From the human T2T-CHM13v2.0 reference genome, Homo sapiens, in NCBI RefSeq assembly GCF_009914755.1, contig NC_060926.1: a DNA stretch of 64,000 nt. One strand, written 5' to 3'. Positions 44,201 through 60,817 of the stretch are shown piece after piece; position 1 is the first letter of the stretch, and each line of letters begins with the position of its first letter. A program made the translations under genes and the position numbers. Under the pieces are notes generated by a model, which worked only from the letters and a program-made list of their open reading frames with translations, did no database searches and was not told the origin of the DNA.

Positions 44201-45414
44201 ATTGCCTATTGAAAATATAATACTATACTAGCACTACAAGGGGATTCATTCCTCGTATTCAAAAGTGCCTAGATGTTTGCTCAAGAAAGATAAGTCCCAT
44301 CTACCATCTACAATCCATATAACAACATATAAAGCTCAAAAATTAACTGGAGAGCTAACCCAGCCTTCTCCAGATTGCCTACTGATCTTATAATCTGCCA
44401 TTTCTTTAGATTCTAAGCAGCTTGCTATGCTTCTCGGACATATCTTTTCAGCTATGTTATAATGAGTAAGAGTAAAGGCTGGTCACTTTAACTGCCAGTA
44501 TATAGAAGTCACTAACTAAAATGGTTTTAAAGACTAGGCACTTGCTTTCATATACCAGGAACAAAGGGTGGGAATCATCATATCTTAAGAAGTTAAGATT
44601 TTGCCACTGAATATTGACACTTTTTTATTCGGTGTTACTATTGTACATCCTAATATCTTGGTACAAGAATTATAATAGGAGTGCTTACAAAAGGAATTAA
44701 CATATTTTAGGCAAGAGCAAATAAGAAATACTTTTCAAAATTAGTTCTCAAAGTATATTTTCTTTGGTTCTGAGGGTTTTTCATCCAAATATATGTATCT
44801 TTTAAAATGGTTTACTATAAAAATATTTAAAATTGGTTTAATTTTTCTGTTTTACGACTTGTTTAGTTTGTTACTTTGAATCAATGACTTACATATTCTA
44901 GTATTCACCACTATACCTCAATGGGGGAAAAACTGAACTCACCAAAAAGAAAACACTAGATTTCAACAATCAAAAAAGATGTATTTCTGTATGTGCGTAT
45001 GTGTTTATATGTATATATGTGCAGCTACAGAGAGATAGGTTATAAGTATGTGAGTGGAAGGATAAGTGGGTATGTATGTGTTTGCTTACGGCAATTATTC
45101 TAGAGTTCCTTCTTTTAGACTAAGGAAATCCCTAGGTGATTCATTTGCAATAGGACAGCATTTCCTGAAAGTTACACTCAAGAATACTAGTTCCAGGGGA
45201 TATATATATATATATCCAAATCATTTGTGACTTAATCACAATTTGGGAACAAAAGAAAATATTTTACTAGGCACTTCATATCACATATAATGAATTTGGA
45301 TCATTTGTCATTTAAATAAAAAATAAGGAATATTTCAATAGGAAAAATGTTACCTATGTTTCCAGTGATGACAGATAAGAACAGGAGATATTAGCAAATA
45401 ATAATTACATATAG

Positions 45415-45698
45415 AGGCAGGGTACAGTAGCACATACCTGTAATCACAGCCCTTTGGGAAGCTGAGGTGGGCGGATCACTGGAGCCCAACCTAGGCAACA
45501 TAGCAAGACCCTATCTCTACAAAAAAATAAATAAAAATTAGCCATGTGTGGTGGTGCATGCCTATAGTCTCAGCTACATAGGAGACAGGCAGAAGAATTG
45601 GTTGATCCCAGAGGTAGAAGCTGTGGTGGGCAATAATGGTGCTACTGCACTCACCTGTGAGTGACAGAGCAAGAGCCTGTCTCAAAAAAAAAAAAAAA
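45415..45698 (+). mobile_element. AluJ with small deletion at the B box, followed by (TA)n and T10
   Basis: CTAGGCAACATAGCAAGACCCTATCTC J diagnostics; poly(A). Confidence 0.88.
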
Positions 45699-45733
45699 TG
45701 TATATATATATATATATATATTTTTTTTTTAAC

Positions 45734-45876
45734 TGCACACTCTTTCAATACCTGCTTGCCCACATAAGAATAGATGTTGGGCCTGGAATAGCTGCTTACC
45801 AAGAGATAAAGAGCCTGCACAGCCTGTGCTAGACTTACCATATTTTGTGAAGATCTTTCCCAATACAGATTTTAAA
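45734..45876 (+). repeat. Local duplicate of 47138-47281
   Basis: TGCACACTCTTTCAATACCTGCTTGCCCACATAAGAATAGATGTTGGGCCTGGAATAG identical in both copies; a few substitutions and indels further on. Confidence 0.95.
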
Positions 45877-45977
45877 AATATATTTAAAATATATTTAAAA
45901 ATATATACATACATATATAGAGAGATTTTTATTTTCTAAAGGTGTAAAAGAGTAAGGACAAAAAAAAGTTAAGAGTG

Positions 45978-46101
45978 GGCTGGGTACGGTGGCTGACACT
46001 TGTAATTTTGCCAACTCAGGAGTGCAAGGAGGTTGGCTTCAGACCAGGAGTTCAAGACCAGCTTGTGCAACAGAGCTGAGACTGTTTCAAAAAATAAAAA
46101 A
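45978..46101 (+). mobile_element. Free left Alu monomer (FLAM-like)
   Basis: GGCTGGGTACGGTGGCTGACAC...CAGGAGTTCAAGACCAGC...A tail after one arm. Confidence 0.75.
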
Positions 46102-46889
46102 GAATGTGATTGAAATGAATGGTACAGACAGGATTTTAAAGGTGGTATAATAGTATAATACGTTGAGATTACTTTCAGGCATACAAATTGTTTATTAGCC
46201 TAAAACAAAGAATTATGAACAAGGAATATTTTGTATATTCTTTTCCAACTTTAAATGCATAGTCATTAATATCACTTTTTCAAAGTTTTTTTAAAAACAA
46301 TGTTACTTAGATGTTCAATATAGTTTTCATAGATAATAAAAGGCAAATGCTGGAAAGGAATGGATTTTAGTGCTCCAGTAGCGGAGTAATAAAACATCAG
46401 TCTTAGTGCATATTTTCATTTTTTATTTTAAAGACATTCATCTATGTTATGAGTTTTTAAATGGCCAATCACTTTTATGTGTAATGTCACAATATTTTTT
46501 ATCCAGGAAATATATATAACTTTTCTTGGCTATTTAAATACGTTCCAAGCAGTTCATAAAAGTACTTCAAGAAAAATTATAATTTTATTTCAATATGTAT
46601 TAGGTTGTCATTCATGGTTCCAGGAAAGGAGTTATGCTCACTCTCATGCTATAAAATACATAGACATTCATCTTAGCTTCTAGAAGCAATAAGAATAGAA
46701 AGACCTCCAAGTTTACCAAACTCTACATAATCAGAAAGTAGTTATCTAAAAATTGTCTGCAAATAACTAAAAAATGTTGATAAAGAAAATCATATTGACT
46801 AATCTGATGTTTAGCCCGTATTAGTACAATTTTTATTTTTTTTAATTTTTTATTTTATTTCTTTTTTGCATAAACAGAAATCCTAATGT

Positions 46890-47650
46890 TGTAATAGCAA
46901 CACTTCAAATAGCACTTAAGCTCCGCCCCTGGAGGAAGTGCAGGAATACGTAAACCCAGCACTATAACTGGAGGAGGGTAAAAACCACATCTCCAGGACC
47001 CCGGTTCCCAGAGCGAGCGGGTCTAGGATTTGACTTAATCAGGACATATGTGAATGCTCCTCTACCACACCCCATCACAATGCTAACAAACCTACAGTAA
47101 AACTAAACATAAAATATGTTGAGAAGGGCGTCTCACGTGCACACTCTTTCAATACCTGCTTGCCCACATAAGAATAGATGTTGGGCCTGGAATAGTTGCT
47201 TACCAAGAGACAAAAGGCCTGCACAGCCTGTGCTAGACTTCTCATATTTTGTGAAGATATCTTTCCCAATACAGACTTAAATGAATATTACTTTGACACA
47301 CATGGCCAAGCGTGTATGTCAGTGGCCCTCAGATATGCCCCCAACTTTTAGTATTTCAGACTCTACGGGGGCAGGGAGAAAGGAAAAGGGGTCCTTCTGC
47401 TGCAGCAAGAGACGTGTATGCATAGGCCTATTGCTGACCTTGCTCTGTGTCTTTCCTATGTGAAGCATTGTCAATCCAGTGCTTGACTGCCTTGTATTGT
47501 CCTTGGTGACTTTAATAGCAACATGTTAATATAGTATAGTGAATTTAATACCAAGATAGTAGGCATAAGTGTTTAGATTTCTATTTCTGATAGTTTGCTT
47601 AGTGATAATTGTTGCTATCCTGCATGTAGTTGGCGTTCTCCTCTGGCATT
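46890..47650. mobile_element. Probable old ERV solo LTR, family not identified
   Basis: GC-richer island starting TGTAAT with a GC box (CTCCGCCCC) and LTR-like composition; boundaries uncertain. Confidence 0.4.
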
Positions 47651-48023
47651 GGTAATCACTGCATGCTGTTCTGATCCACAAAATAAAGCAGGGATGTCCA
47701 TAAGAGATAGATTACCTGTATCTATATTTGTATTTGCATCTAATGTATTTAATTCGATTTCTATGCTCCTACTCTCTTAAACAACATGTTTGGTTTTCAG
47801 CAAAAAAAATATGTGTCACACAAGACACAGTCTGTGTCTGCAAGACAAACACAGTCAAAAGATGTAAATCAATTTCAAATACATTATACATATGGATGTT
47901 TTCAAACAGAGAATTTTAATAAATATCACTGAAATGTTAAAGGCTTTCAGGGAAAGGTTGTTAGACAATTGCAAAATCACATAGGCAATTTAAGTGGAGG
48001 AATAACAGTGTAGTCAAGAATCA

Positions 48024-48426
<403 letters not shown>

Positions 48427-48445
48427 CTATATAGGAATACAAAGA

Positions 48446-48810
<365 letters not shown>

Positions 48811-49234
48811 TCAGAAGACAAGAATGAAGCAGAAAAAATGTTTGAAAAAATTAATCTAAAACTTTTTCCAAAGTTAGTGGTGAACATCAAAATACAGTTG
48901 TGAGAAACACAGAGAACAATGAACAGGGTAAAGACCACCAAAAACACCATACATACATATATACATCCCATTCAAATTGCTGAATAGCAAAGATAAAATC
49001 TTAAAAGCAGCCAGATAAAAATACACATGTCTATAGTGTAGGACAGATAAGAATTATAGCAGACTTCTCTCCAGAAAACTTGCAAGCAAGAAGATTAAGG
49101 CAAAAACTTTTTAAAATGCTAAAAGGAAAAAAAAAAAAGTCAATCCAGAAATTTACATCCATGAAAGTGTCCTTTAAAATGAAGGAGAAATAAAGACTTC
49201 ATCAGAACAACTAAAATAGGGAATTCTTTGCTCG

Positions 49235-49835
49235 TGTAACCACCAAAGTTTCCAGTTGCTCGCCGCTTGTAGAAAGAAGCCAGAATAACAAGAGTGAGGT
49301 GTGATAAACAGAAAGCAATATTTTATTATGCATGCTAAAAAGAGGGAGGAGTGGGTGAAACGCTTCCCCAAAATTTCCACTCTTAAATTTGTGGAGGGAA
49401 CACAGAGGTTGTGAAAGAGAAGGTTTGGAGTGCAGAAGAGGCAGGGGGCTGGGAGGTGTCAGGTGTCGTGACCCATTCCAGTGGCTTGTCTTGAATTATT
49501 TTTCCATCTGGTGAAGGGGCCAGTGCTGTTGTGGCCAGAGGTGTTTGGTTCATATCAGAATCTGGCCCCCGAAGCTCCTAAGGAAATGTACGACCCAATA
49601 AGTGAGTATGGTGTGTGCTTAACAAGTATCCAGGTAAATAACTGTGCATAAGGCATGGGAGCACAGAATGGTAAATAAAACGGAGTGGAGGTTCACAGTG
49701 CATTCCCAGGCTGTATTTCAAGATGAAAGGATACACATACGCAGTTTGTCTCAAAGTTATGTCTTGAGATTGGGAAGAGAGGAGGAAAGAAAAAAAGCTG
49801 TAAAACGTGATTTGAAGCCAAGCTTCTCGGTTACA
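49235..49835 (-). mobile_element. ERV1-class solo LTR (601 bp; possibly LTR26-like)
   Basis: Inverted termini TGTAACC...GGTTACA; 4-bp TSD CTCG/CTTG; TTTATT near the left end gives the minus-strand polyA signal. Confidence 0.85.
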
Positions 49836-52464
49836 CTTGCAAACCTACTCTAAAAGAAAGGTCAAAAAATGAACTTAGAAGGAATATAGATCTAGGGTAG
49901 AAATTTGGATCTACAAAAAAATCATCACTGGAAATAAAAAAATGAATTCAAAATAAAATTCATCTGTTTCCTTCTTTTTAACTGCACTAAAAGACTGAAT
50001 CAAAAATAGCAATCTATTTAGTCCTTTTAGAATATGTAAAAACACGAAAATAGCACAAAAGATGGGAAAGAAAACTAGGAATACGTATACTCTTACAAGG
50101 TTCTTATACTGCATATGAAGCGGTACAATATTTATTATATGATGGTAGACTCAGATTATGTAAAATGTAGGTTGTATACCCAAGAGCAAACCCTAAAAAT
50201 ATTTTTAAAAGGTATGAATAATAAGTCAATAAAGGCAATAATATGGAATCATAGCACATGCTCTGTTAAACAGAGAAGGCCAAAAAGGAGCAAAAAAGAA
50301 CCTATGGAATAAACAGAAAATGACTCAGCAAGATGATACATTTTAATTCAGCCATTTCAATGATCACTTTAGCTATGATTAGTCTAAATGTACCAGTTAA
50401 AGTGTATTTTTCTGATATCTGAAGTTATCAGATAAAAAACCGAGATGAACTTAATGCTGTGTATAAGAAATTGTGTTAAATATAAATATAAGAGAAAAGT
50501 GATTGCTGGTTTGCTGTGGTGCCCCAAAGGGGAATTTTTAAGGTGATAAACTTTCTGTATGATACTGAAGTAGTGGATTCATGACTATGCAAATCCCATA
50601 GAATGTATACCACAAGAATGATATTTTTTGTATGCACATTAAAGAATGTCAAGCAGGATGTTGTGGGATCCCAGAACAGAATATGCAAAGTGACAAATTA
50701 ATTTAAATCTATTACATCCTATAGAAAGCAAGATCAGGCATTAAAAATTCATTCTCAGTGAAACAGAACTTCTGAACAAGATAAATAAATATGTCAATTA
50801 AAAATAATATAAACTAGAGCCTTTACATACACTAAAAACCATCACAAAAAATTTTCTGGGGACTGCAGACCAAAAAACACGATTTTTTCCTATCAAATAA
50901 TTCAGTAGAACAATCAAAGCAGAAAATGGTAGTGCTCACAACCCGAAGAAGAACCTGGAAGACCAAATGGAAGAAATAATTCAATCTCATAAAAAATTAA
51001 AAAATAATTTAGGTCAAACAAATATTGTTAAACAAAACACACAAAAAAGTTAAAAATCATGATGGAAAAGCTATTTCGAGGATTGATTCAGGATGGTAGC
51101 CTATAAAATACAAATTCCTAAAAGAAGAAATGGAGGATATGAAGGTGAGACAAAAATTAAGTGAAAAATAGTAGAAAAAAAAACCCCTCTCTATTGGAAG
51201 TATGTGGGCATTAATAAAACTAAAAGCTGGTACAAAAACAGAGAAAAATCAAAATGTTAGAAAGGATAAAGTTAAAGCTTGAAACTAGGAAAAGCCCTAG
51301 AGACCTTATTAGCAAATAAAGGGAGAATAATAAATGGACGACCTTGGTAATAATTACATAGCATAATGACAGATAAAGGAGAGAGTAAAGTATTTCCAGT
51401 AACTTTATGACAACTGAGTTGACAAGCAAAAAGATATAAATAATTTCCTAACAATATGTTCAATTCCAAAAATAATGTCCCACAATTTTGTTCTTTTTCA
51501 CAAGGCTTTGACACCTTTTTATTCTACCTCCAAATCTTTTTTCCATCCTTCTTAGTTGATAACCTTGCTTCCTACTTCATTTAAAAAAGGGAAACCTCAG
51601 ATGATAGCTATCACAAACTCCCATTGTCCTCCTTTTCTGCCTATTCCTCTTCTACATGACCTCTTGGAGATAGAATGACTCAGGCATACACAACCATAAA
51701 ATCTAGTTGAATAATGATCACATATTAACACCACTTAAATAAATAAATGTATTAGGATTTTCTGGATCACAAAATACATTTGAATAAAAATGGTAAGATT
51801 CAGAAAAATAATTACTTTTATCTTAGAATTACTAGCAACCAGTTTGAAACTGTCATAAATGAAATAACAGCTACAATTTACTTGTAGTATATGGTTGTAA
51901 CATAATATGTCCTTTACAACCATACAGTACTAAAAGTAGTACTGAAACTACTTTTATTCTGTTTATCTCTTAGATCTCTTTTATCTCTTAGGTTATCTAA
52001 AAGATAAACAGGAAAAAAAGTAGTTTTAGTACTAACAGATAAACAGAAAAAAAGAAAAAAGTTTTAGGAGTAAGAAATAAAATAGTTTTGAAAATGTTTC
52101 TGTAAATTGATTTAAAAGATGCTTCAAAAAAGCATATGTAAGTATATATCATTTTACATAAATGCCTATAATTGATCATATCTTACACATTTTAGGTTAG
52201 TCTTTTACTCCTTTATTTTCTTGTTTCTACCTGATCTCCCCTTTTCCATTTTTCTATCCATATCTGTTTTTTATTACTAATTACCACATTTTCAACCTGA
52301 TTTTTATCCTTCATATTTTCTCCATACACATAATCATAAATTCAAACATAGACACAAACAATAATAGGAAATAATTTATGCTAATTGTACCAGATTCCGT
52401 TCTACATATATTACAAATATTACCTCCTTTTATGTTTAGGATAAATCTATATCCTGCTACCTTT

Positions 52465-52590
52465 GAGATGGAGAAACTGAGGTATAAAGAGGTGAAGTAA
52501 CTTACCTACAGGCACACAGATGGTAAACTAGATTTAATATTCAAATCTAAGGCATCTGTGTCCAGAATCCATGTTCTTCAATACCATTCT
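52465..52590 (-). mobile_element. MIR
   Basis: GATGGAGAAACTGAGGTATAAAGAGGTGAAGTAACTTACC core. Confidence 0.85.
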
Positions 52591-54969
52591 GTAATGGTAT
52601 AACTACCTTTCATGACCTCCTAACCCAGTGGAAACCTGAAGTATTCAATCTTCTACCATAATACATTCAAAATTTGTTGTCATTGTTCTTATGCTAATGT
52701 GTAAAAAATAACTAGGGAAATTCTTTAACCAAATTGTACATTTTGTTAGGTTAATTAAATGTACTTTAAGAGGAAAAGGAGGTATTATTTTTAGTAGAAG
52801 GGAAAATCACTAATGAGATAAATAAAATATTTATAGAGTTTGTATTAAACTGTCTTATTTAATTGTCTTCACTGACTTGACTAATTTTGTCTCTGGAACA
52901 TTACACTCTAAATTGTTATTATTTTTAGTGACTCTTAAATAAGGCATTCTGATGAGTGAAATTTGGCAACCAGCAAGAATAAATAAGCACAAGTATCTTT
53001 ATATATTTAAACCATGTTGATGGGTTTCTGATATATAAATTTAGCTTTACACTTTGGGTAAATAACACAGAGTAAATTTGCTGTTAATCCAAAAGTATAT
53101 ACACAGACACACACAATATATGCTATCAGGTCAAGAAAAATTTGGGGAATAGTAAGATAATTTAATTATTTTAAATTAGATTTTTTAGCAACTATGCCGC
53201 AGACTCTCTGATTTGAAATGGGCAATATAGGACATTCTAATGTACCTAGATTTTTCTATTTGCAAACTAATGTAGTATTATTTGGAAATTTCAAGATGTT
53301 CTGGTAAGCTAATTAATTTCTTTGTAATCACACATTTGTATGAAAAAAAAATTTCAATCCAGTCACATTTTCATGACACTTCTTTCTAAAAACCAACTTC
53401 AAATATTAGGACTATAACTATAAACTGAAGATTTTAAACAATATAAATTTTATTTAATTGCAACATTTTATAAGTAGAAACTAACAGTATTAATATAGTC
53501 CTTAAATTTTGGCTTGGATTTTGGTTAAGAACACTCCTTTTGTCTTAGTCAAGAACATTTTATATTCAAGAACTAAAAATTAATCCAAGTTACCCTAAAA
53601 GGAGAAGCAAAATAAGATGCACACACCCACACAATAGAGTGAAGTGGAGGAGGAAGTATATAAAGAAGTGAGGTCACCTGAGATACTACAGGTAGAAAGA
53701 CAATGAGACTTGACATCTAAATTCTCAGACATTCTCTGTGAGATATCTCATCTCGTCTATATCACTATCTTGATAAGCTGGGTTTCTCTTCTTAATCTCA
53801 TCAGAATATTTCTGCTCCAATATCATAAACAATAGCATTTTTTCTCAAGATTAATACCATTAGGTATTGACTACATTCTCAATCAACAAATCAAATTCCA
53901 GGAGAGAACATCTGACTGGCCAAGTTGGTTAATTTATCCACTCAGCTCTTAGGTGTTACCACAGAGTGTCTCATTCATATGATTAAAACATAACTACAGA
54001 ACCTGCTCCCCACTAAGGATGGTGACAGAAACCACATATGGGCTCTTTCTTAACTATGGCACATATTTAAAATACTCAGAGTTAAAATGCTTTGCAGTAT
54101 ACACTGTGATATATAAGAGGGAAACTAAGTAAGTCAAGAATAAATTTACATCAGATTTTAGAATACATAGAGGAAGAACAATTATCTGTTAGAGAATAAT
54201 TTAAAATTTTCAGTGAAAGCTTTTTAGAGAAGTCAGAACAAAAGTGAAATTTGAATACCAGTTAACCATGGCAAAGAGGTGGTAGTCACTAGTTAATGAC
54301 TCACTTTATTTTACATTAAAGGTATTCAATAAATACATTTTGATGCATAGAAATTTTATGAGATTGTATTGCTTAGGAATTTATAGGCTTCTATATTCTC
54401 ATTCCAATAGGAAACAATTTAAGTTAAAGTGAGCTTAAAGACATCAGAAAACGACCACTAATTAGCCCTAATCTTCTTCGTTATACTTTTGGCTACACAT
54501 CAAACATAAGTCAGGTAAATAAAATATCTACTCTTGTCTATTTAGCAAAATATAAGAAAGATTTCTGTTTTATATTTTGATTATTTTTTATTTAGGTTTA
54601 AATTTATTATTATTAAATTATTACTTAGAGTTAGATTCATTTAGATTTAAAATGTATCCTCAATTTTATGCTGAAACTTATAAAATAAAATTTTTATAAG
54701 ATAAAATTCATAAAATTTATTTATATACTTTATTTCATATATATTTCATTTTATTTATTTACTTATAAATTTATAAATTTGAGCATAAAATTGAGAATAC
54801 ATTTTAAATCTAGAAAATTAAATTACAAAAATTCAGTAATAAAAACATTTTCTCAGTGAATGAAAATTGTGAATTGGCTCCATCCTGTTCACACCTCATA
54901 GGGTTTTAATTAATATTTAATTTTATATCTCCCCCAAATTTTATTTAACATTCTTCCTTTAGTGGTAAT

Positions 54970-55330
54970 TGTATTAGTTCATTTCACACTACTATAAATA
55001 TATTACCTGAGACTGGGTAATTTACATAGAAAAGAGGTTTAATTGACTCACAGTTCCACATGGGTGGGAGGCCTCATGAAACATGCAATCGTGGTTGAAG
55101 GTGAAGGGGAAGAAAGGCACCTCTTACATGGTGGCAGGAGAGACAGAGCTCAAAGGGAAAATTGCTACTTTTAAACTGTCAGATCTCTTGAAATTCCCTC
55201 ACTATCAGGAGAACAGCATGGGGGATACCATTGCAATGATCCAATCAGCTCCCACCAGGTCCCTCCCTAAAAAAATGGGGATGATAATTCAAGACAAGAT
55301 TTGGGTGGGAACACAGAACCAAACAAGTCA
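54970..55330 (-). mobile_element. THE1 (C/D-like) solo LTR
   Basis: TGTATTAGTTCATTTCACACT...CCTGAGACTGGGTAATTT...GATTTGGGTGGGAACACAG. Confidence 0.88.
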
Positions 55331-55412
55331 TTTAAAAATTACTCTTTCTGATAAGGAGATAATTACTCCAAATGTATACTTTTCCCCCAAAGGCTTTGTT
55401 TTAAAAATGGTA

Positions 55413-55734
<322 letters not shown>

Positions 55735-55833
55735 TTAATTAAAGCATTTTCCTGGAAAGGGAAAAAATGAATATTCAAAACATAATTAATAGTGGATTTG
55801 AAATTGTGCTGGAGAATTGTCTTGCAGATATAG

Positions 55834-55836
<3 letters not shown>

Positions 55837-55872
<36 letters not shown>
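55837..55872. repeat. (TA)18 microsatellite
   Basis: Direct inspection. Confidence 0.97.
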
Positions 55873-55876
<4 letters not shown>

Positions 55877-56784
55877 ATTTGAGTTCAAATTGTCTTCAAA
55901 ATGACCTTTATGTACAACTGGAATATAATATATGTTAACTCAAGCACGTATGCACATGCACACTCCCATTCACAGAGTCAATTTTTGTTTCAAACATGTA
56001 AACCACATTTCAAAAAATAGGAACTATTTCCCCTTAAGTATTTTTGTCTTGTTTCATTTGCAAATTTGTTAAAAGCAGATAGAATCTTCCATTTTTTCAA
56101 TCATGATGATAAAATTTTTGATCAGAGGATTTACCAATTTGAGTCATGTGATTCATTTCATATATATCCTATCAAAATATTATTCCTATCGCTCATCCTG
56201 TAAAAATCAAGTCTGAATGAAAAAGTTTTAATCTGTCATGTGGAAATAAGTGTGTGTGTGTTTTTAGTTTCTTCTCAAACAAATAACACATTATACAAAT
56301 AAAAAATAGTGGTACCTTCTATGATATTTACCTGCTAGATCTAAACCTTCCCATTATACTTAATTCAGTAGGAGTTGAGTACTTTTGTAAATTGTCGTCA
56401 GGTCATTTGATTTCTTTATTTCTCTTAAAATAAAGTCTGCATTCATTTACATTTAACACAATTGTAGTGGTTCTGTAATTTAGCTACATAATAATGTCAT
56501 TGCTGAGCTTTAAGAAATACTAATTATTGTTTCACACTCCCAAAATTTCTCTTTCCATTTATGTTGCATGTTGGCTAACATTAGAGTTCAAAAAATTTCA
56601 TTAGATGATTCTTGTATGCAGGAAAGTATGAGAATTATTTCACTATGTGGTTCACCACTGAGTAAAATGCATTCATTATAAATATGAACTGTTAACGTTT
56701 AATATTTTTAGAACGATTACTCCAATTTTCCAATTAGTGATATCTTTCTGTGTGAAGCAAAGAGAAACATTTTCCTTATGTGTT

Positions 56785-58100
<1,316 letters not shown>

Positions 58101-58134
58101 TACACACACACAAACACACACATGCACCCACACA

Positions 58135-58472
58135 CAGCTGTTGCTCTGTGTTTGTGGGTTCTGCATCCATGGATTCAACCAACCATGAATGGAAAATATT
58201 TGAAAAAAATTGCATCTGTACTGTACATGTACAGACTATTTTTTCTTGTCATTATTCTCTAAACAATATAACAAATAATTATATAACATTTACATTGTAT
58301 CCAGTATTATAAGAAATATAGTAGACAATTTAAAGTATACAGGAGGATGTGCATGGGTTACATGCAAACACTTCCTTCCCCATTTTATGTTAGGGACTTG
58401 AGCATCCAAGATTTTGGTACCCACAGGAGGTCCTGGAACCAATCCCTTATGGATACCAATGGGTGACTCTGT
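58135..58472. mobile_element. MER2 (TcMar-Tigger) DNA transposon
   Basis: GGTTCTGCATCCATGGATTCAACCAACC...AGGGACTTGAGCATCC...GGTCCTGGAACCAATCCC. Confidence 0.88.
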
Positions 58473-58910
58473 ATATTTCACAGTTTCTTCATTTATAAAT
58501 TGATGAACATTTAAATTATTTCCATATCTTGGCTATTTTGAACTGGGTATGCCACTATCTTAACTGAGTGATCAGATTATCACCAAGAGATCAGTCATGC
58601 CAATATATACACATTGCCTCCGTAGTAATTTTTAACACATTCTACATCTTTAACATATTCATGAACAAATAAAAAAGACAAACCAAAGTTGAGGGACAGT
58701 CTGCAAAATACCTGATTGGATACCTCAAAAGTATTGGGGTCATAAAAGACAAGGGAAGACTAAAGAAACTGTCACATATTGGAGGAGACCAAGGAAACAA
58801 GATAACTGAATGCAATGTGGCATATTGGTTTAAATCCTGAACCAGAAAAAAAGACATTATTGGAAAAACTGGTGAAATATGAAGAAAGTTGGCAGTTAAT
58901 AGTAGCTTAC

Positions 58911-59311
58911 TGATATGATTTGGATGCATCCCCACCCAAATTTTATGTTGAAATGTAATCCCCAATACTAGAGGTGGAGCCTGGTGGAGGTGGTTGGATC
59001 ATGGGGGTGGTTTCTCATGATTTAACAACATCCCCCCTTGGTACTTTGCTAGCCGTAGTGATTTCTAATGAGATCTGGTTGTTTAAAAGCATGTGTCATC
59101 TCTCCTCCTACCCACTGCTTGGTCCTGCTTCTGCCATATAAGATGCCTTCTTCTGCTTTGCCTTCCACCATGAGTAAAAGCTCCCTGAGGCCTCCCCAAA
59201 AGCAGATGCTGCCATGCTTCCTGCACAGCCTGCAGGAATTAAACCTCTTTTCTTTATAAATTATCCACTATCGGGTATTTCTTTATAGCAATGTGAGAAT
59301 AGGCTAACACA
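58911..59311 (+). mobile_element. MSTA solo LTR inside an L1MC 3' fragment (~58620-59470)
   Basis: TGATATGATTTGGATG...GGCTAACACA; 5-bp TSD CTTAC/CATAC. Confidence 0.88.
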
Positions 59312-60123
59312 CATACCAATGTGAAGTTTTTAGTTTTGATGAATATAACCTATATTATATTATGTAATATTTATGTTCTTATGTTAATAATAGAGAAAGC
59401 TGAATGAAGAGTAAAAGGGAACACTCTAAACTGTCTTTGTAGTTCTTTGGTAAGTATAAAGTGATTTAAACAAAAACATGAGTAATATATACAGGAATGT
59501 ATACTCTCAGAATTGTAAAGATTTAATGTGTTCCCAAATATCTTATAAGCATAAGAATTTTAATCCAAAAAACACATCATATAATAGGATTTGTAGTCAA
59601 ATTTGATAGATTAGTGGCAAAAATTATATGGAAAAGTAAACCCCAAGGCTCTGTTGAAAAAAGAATAGTTAAATGATAGATTGGGTATATAGACAAGTAG
59701 ATAGATATAGCTACATATATATCATATATGTATATATATTATATATGTATATATTCTATAATAATTGACACTAGAGTATTATTACAGGAGGAGATAATTG
59801 TGCATGATTTGGCCGTCCTGACCAATACAACTTTAGCTTATGCCATTGTCTTCTTTATTTCCTACTCTCTTGACACACTGATCTTAAAATTAGTCAGTGA
59901 TATTTCTATTAACCATGTTTTGTCTTCCTGGAGTAATCTCCACTTCATCTTTTTAAATCCAACTCTTCTGGCTCAAAATAAAAACCTATTGGGATTTTTT
60001 TTGACATCTGGCTAGATAAAAACTGACCATCTGTTTTGTAAACTCTATACTTCTTCTTTGTAATACTTACTAAAATGAAAATCTTGTACTTATAAAAATA
60101 CATATTCTAATGATATGACTCCC

Positions 60124-60817
<694 letters not shown>

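Noticed and set aside
45491-45841. Paralogous small ORFs sharing SLAQAVQA...RPNIYSYVGKQVLKECA (also 47075-47269)
   Set aside because: The shared peptide comes only from the 140-bp DNA duplication; the flanks are Alu or low-complexity sequence.
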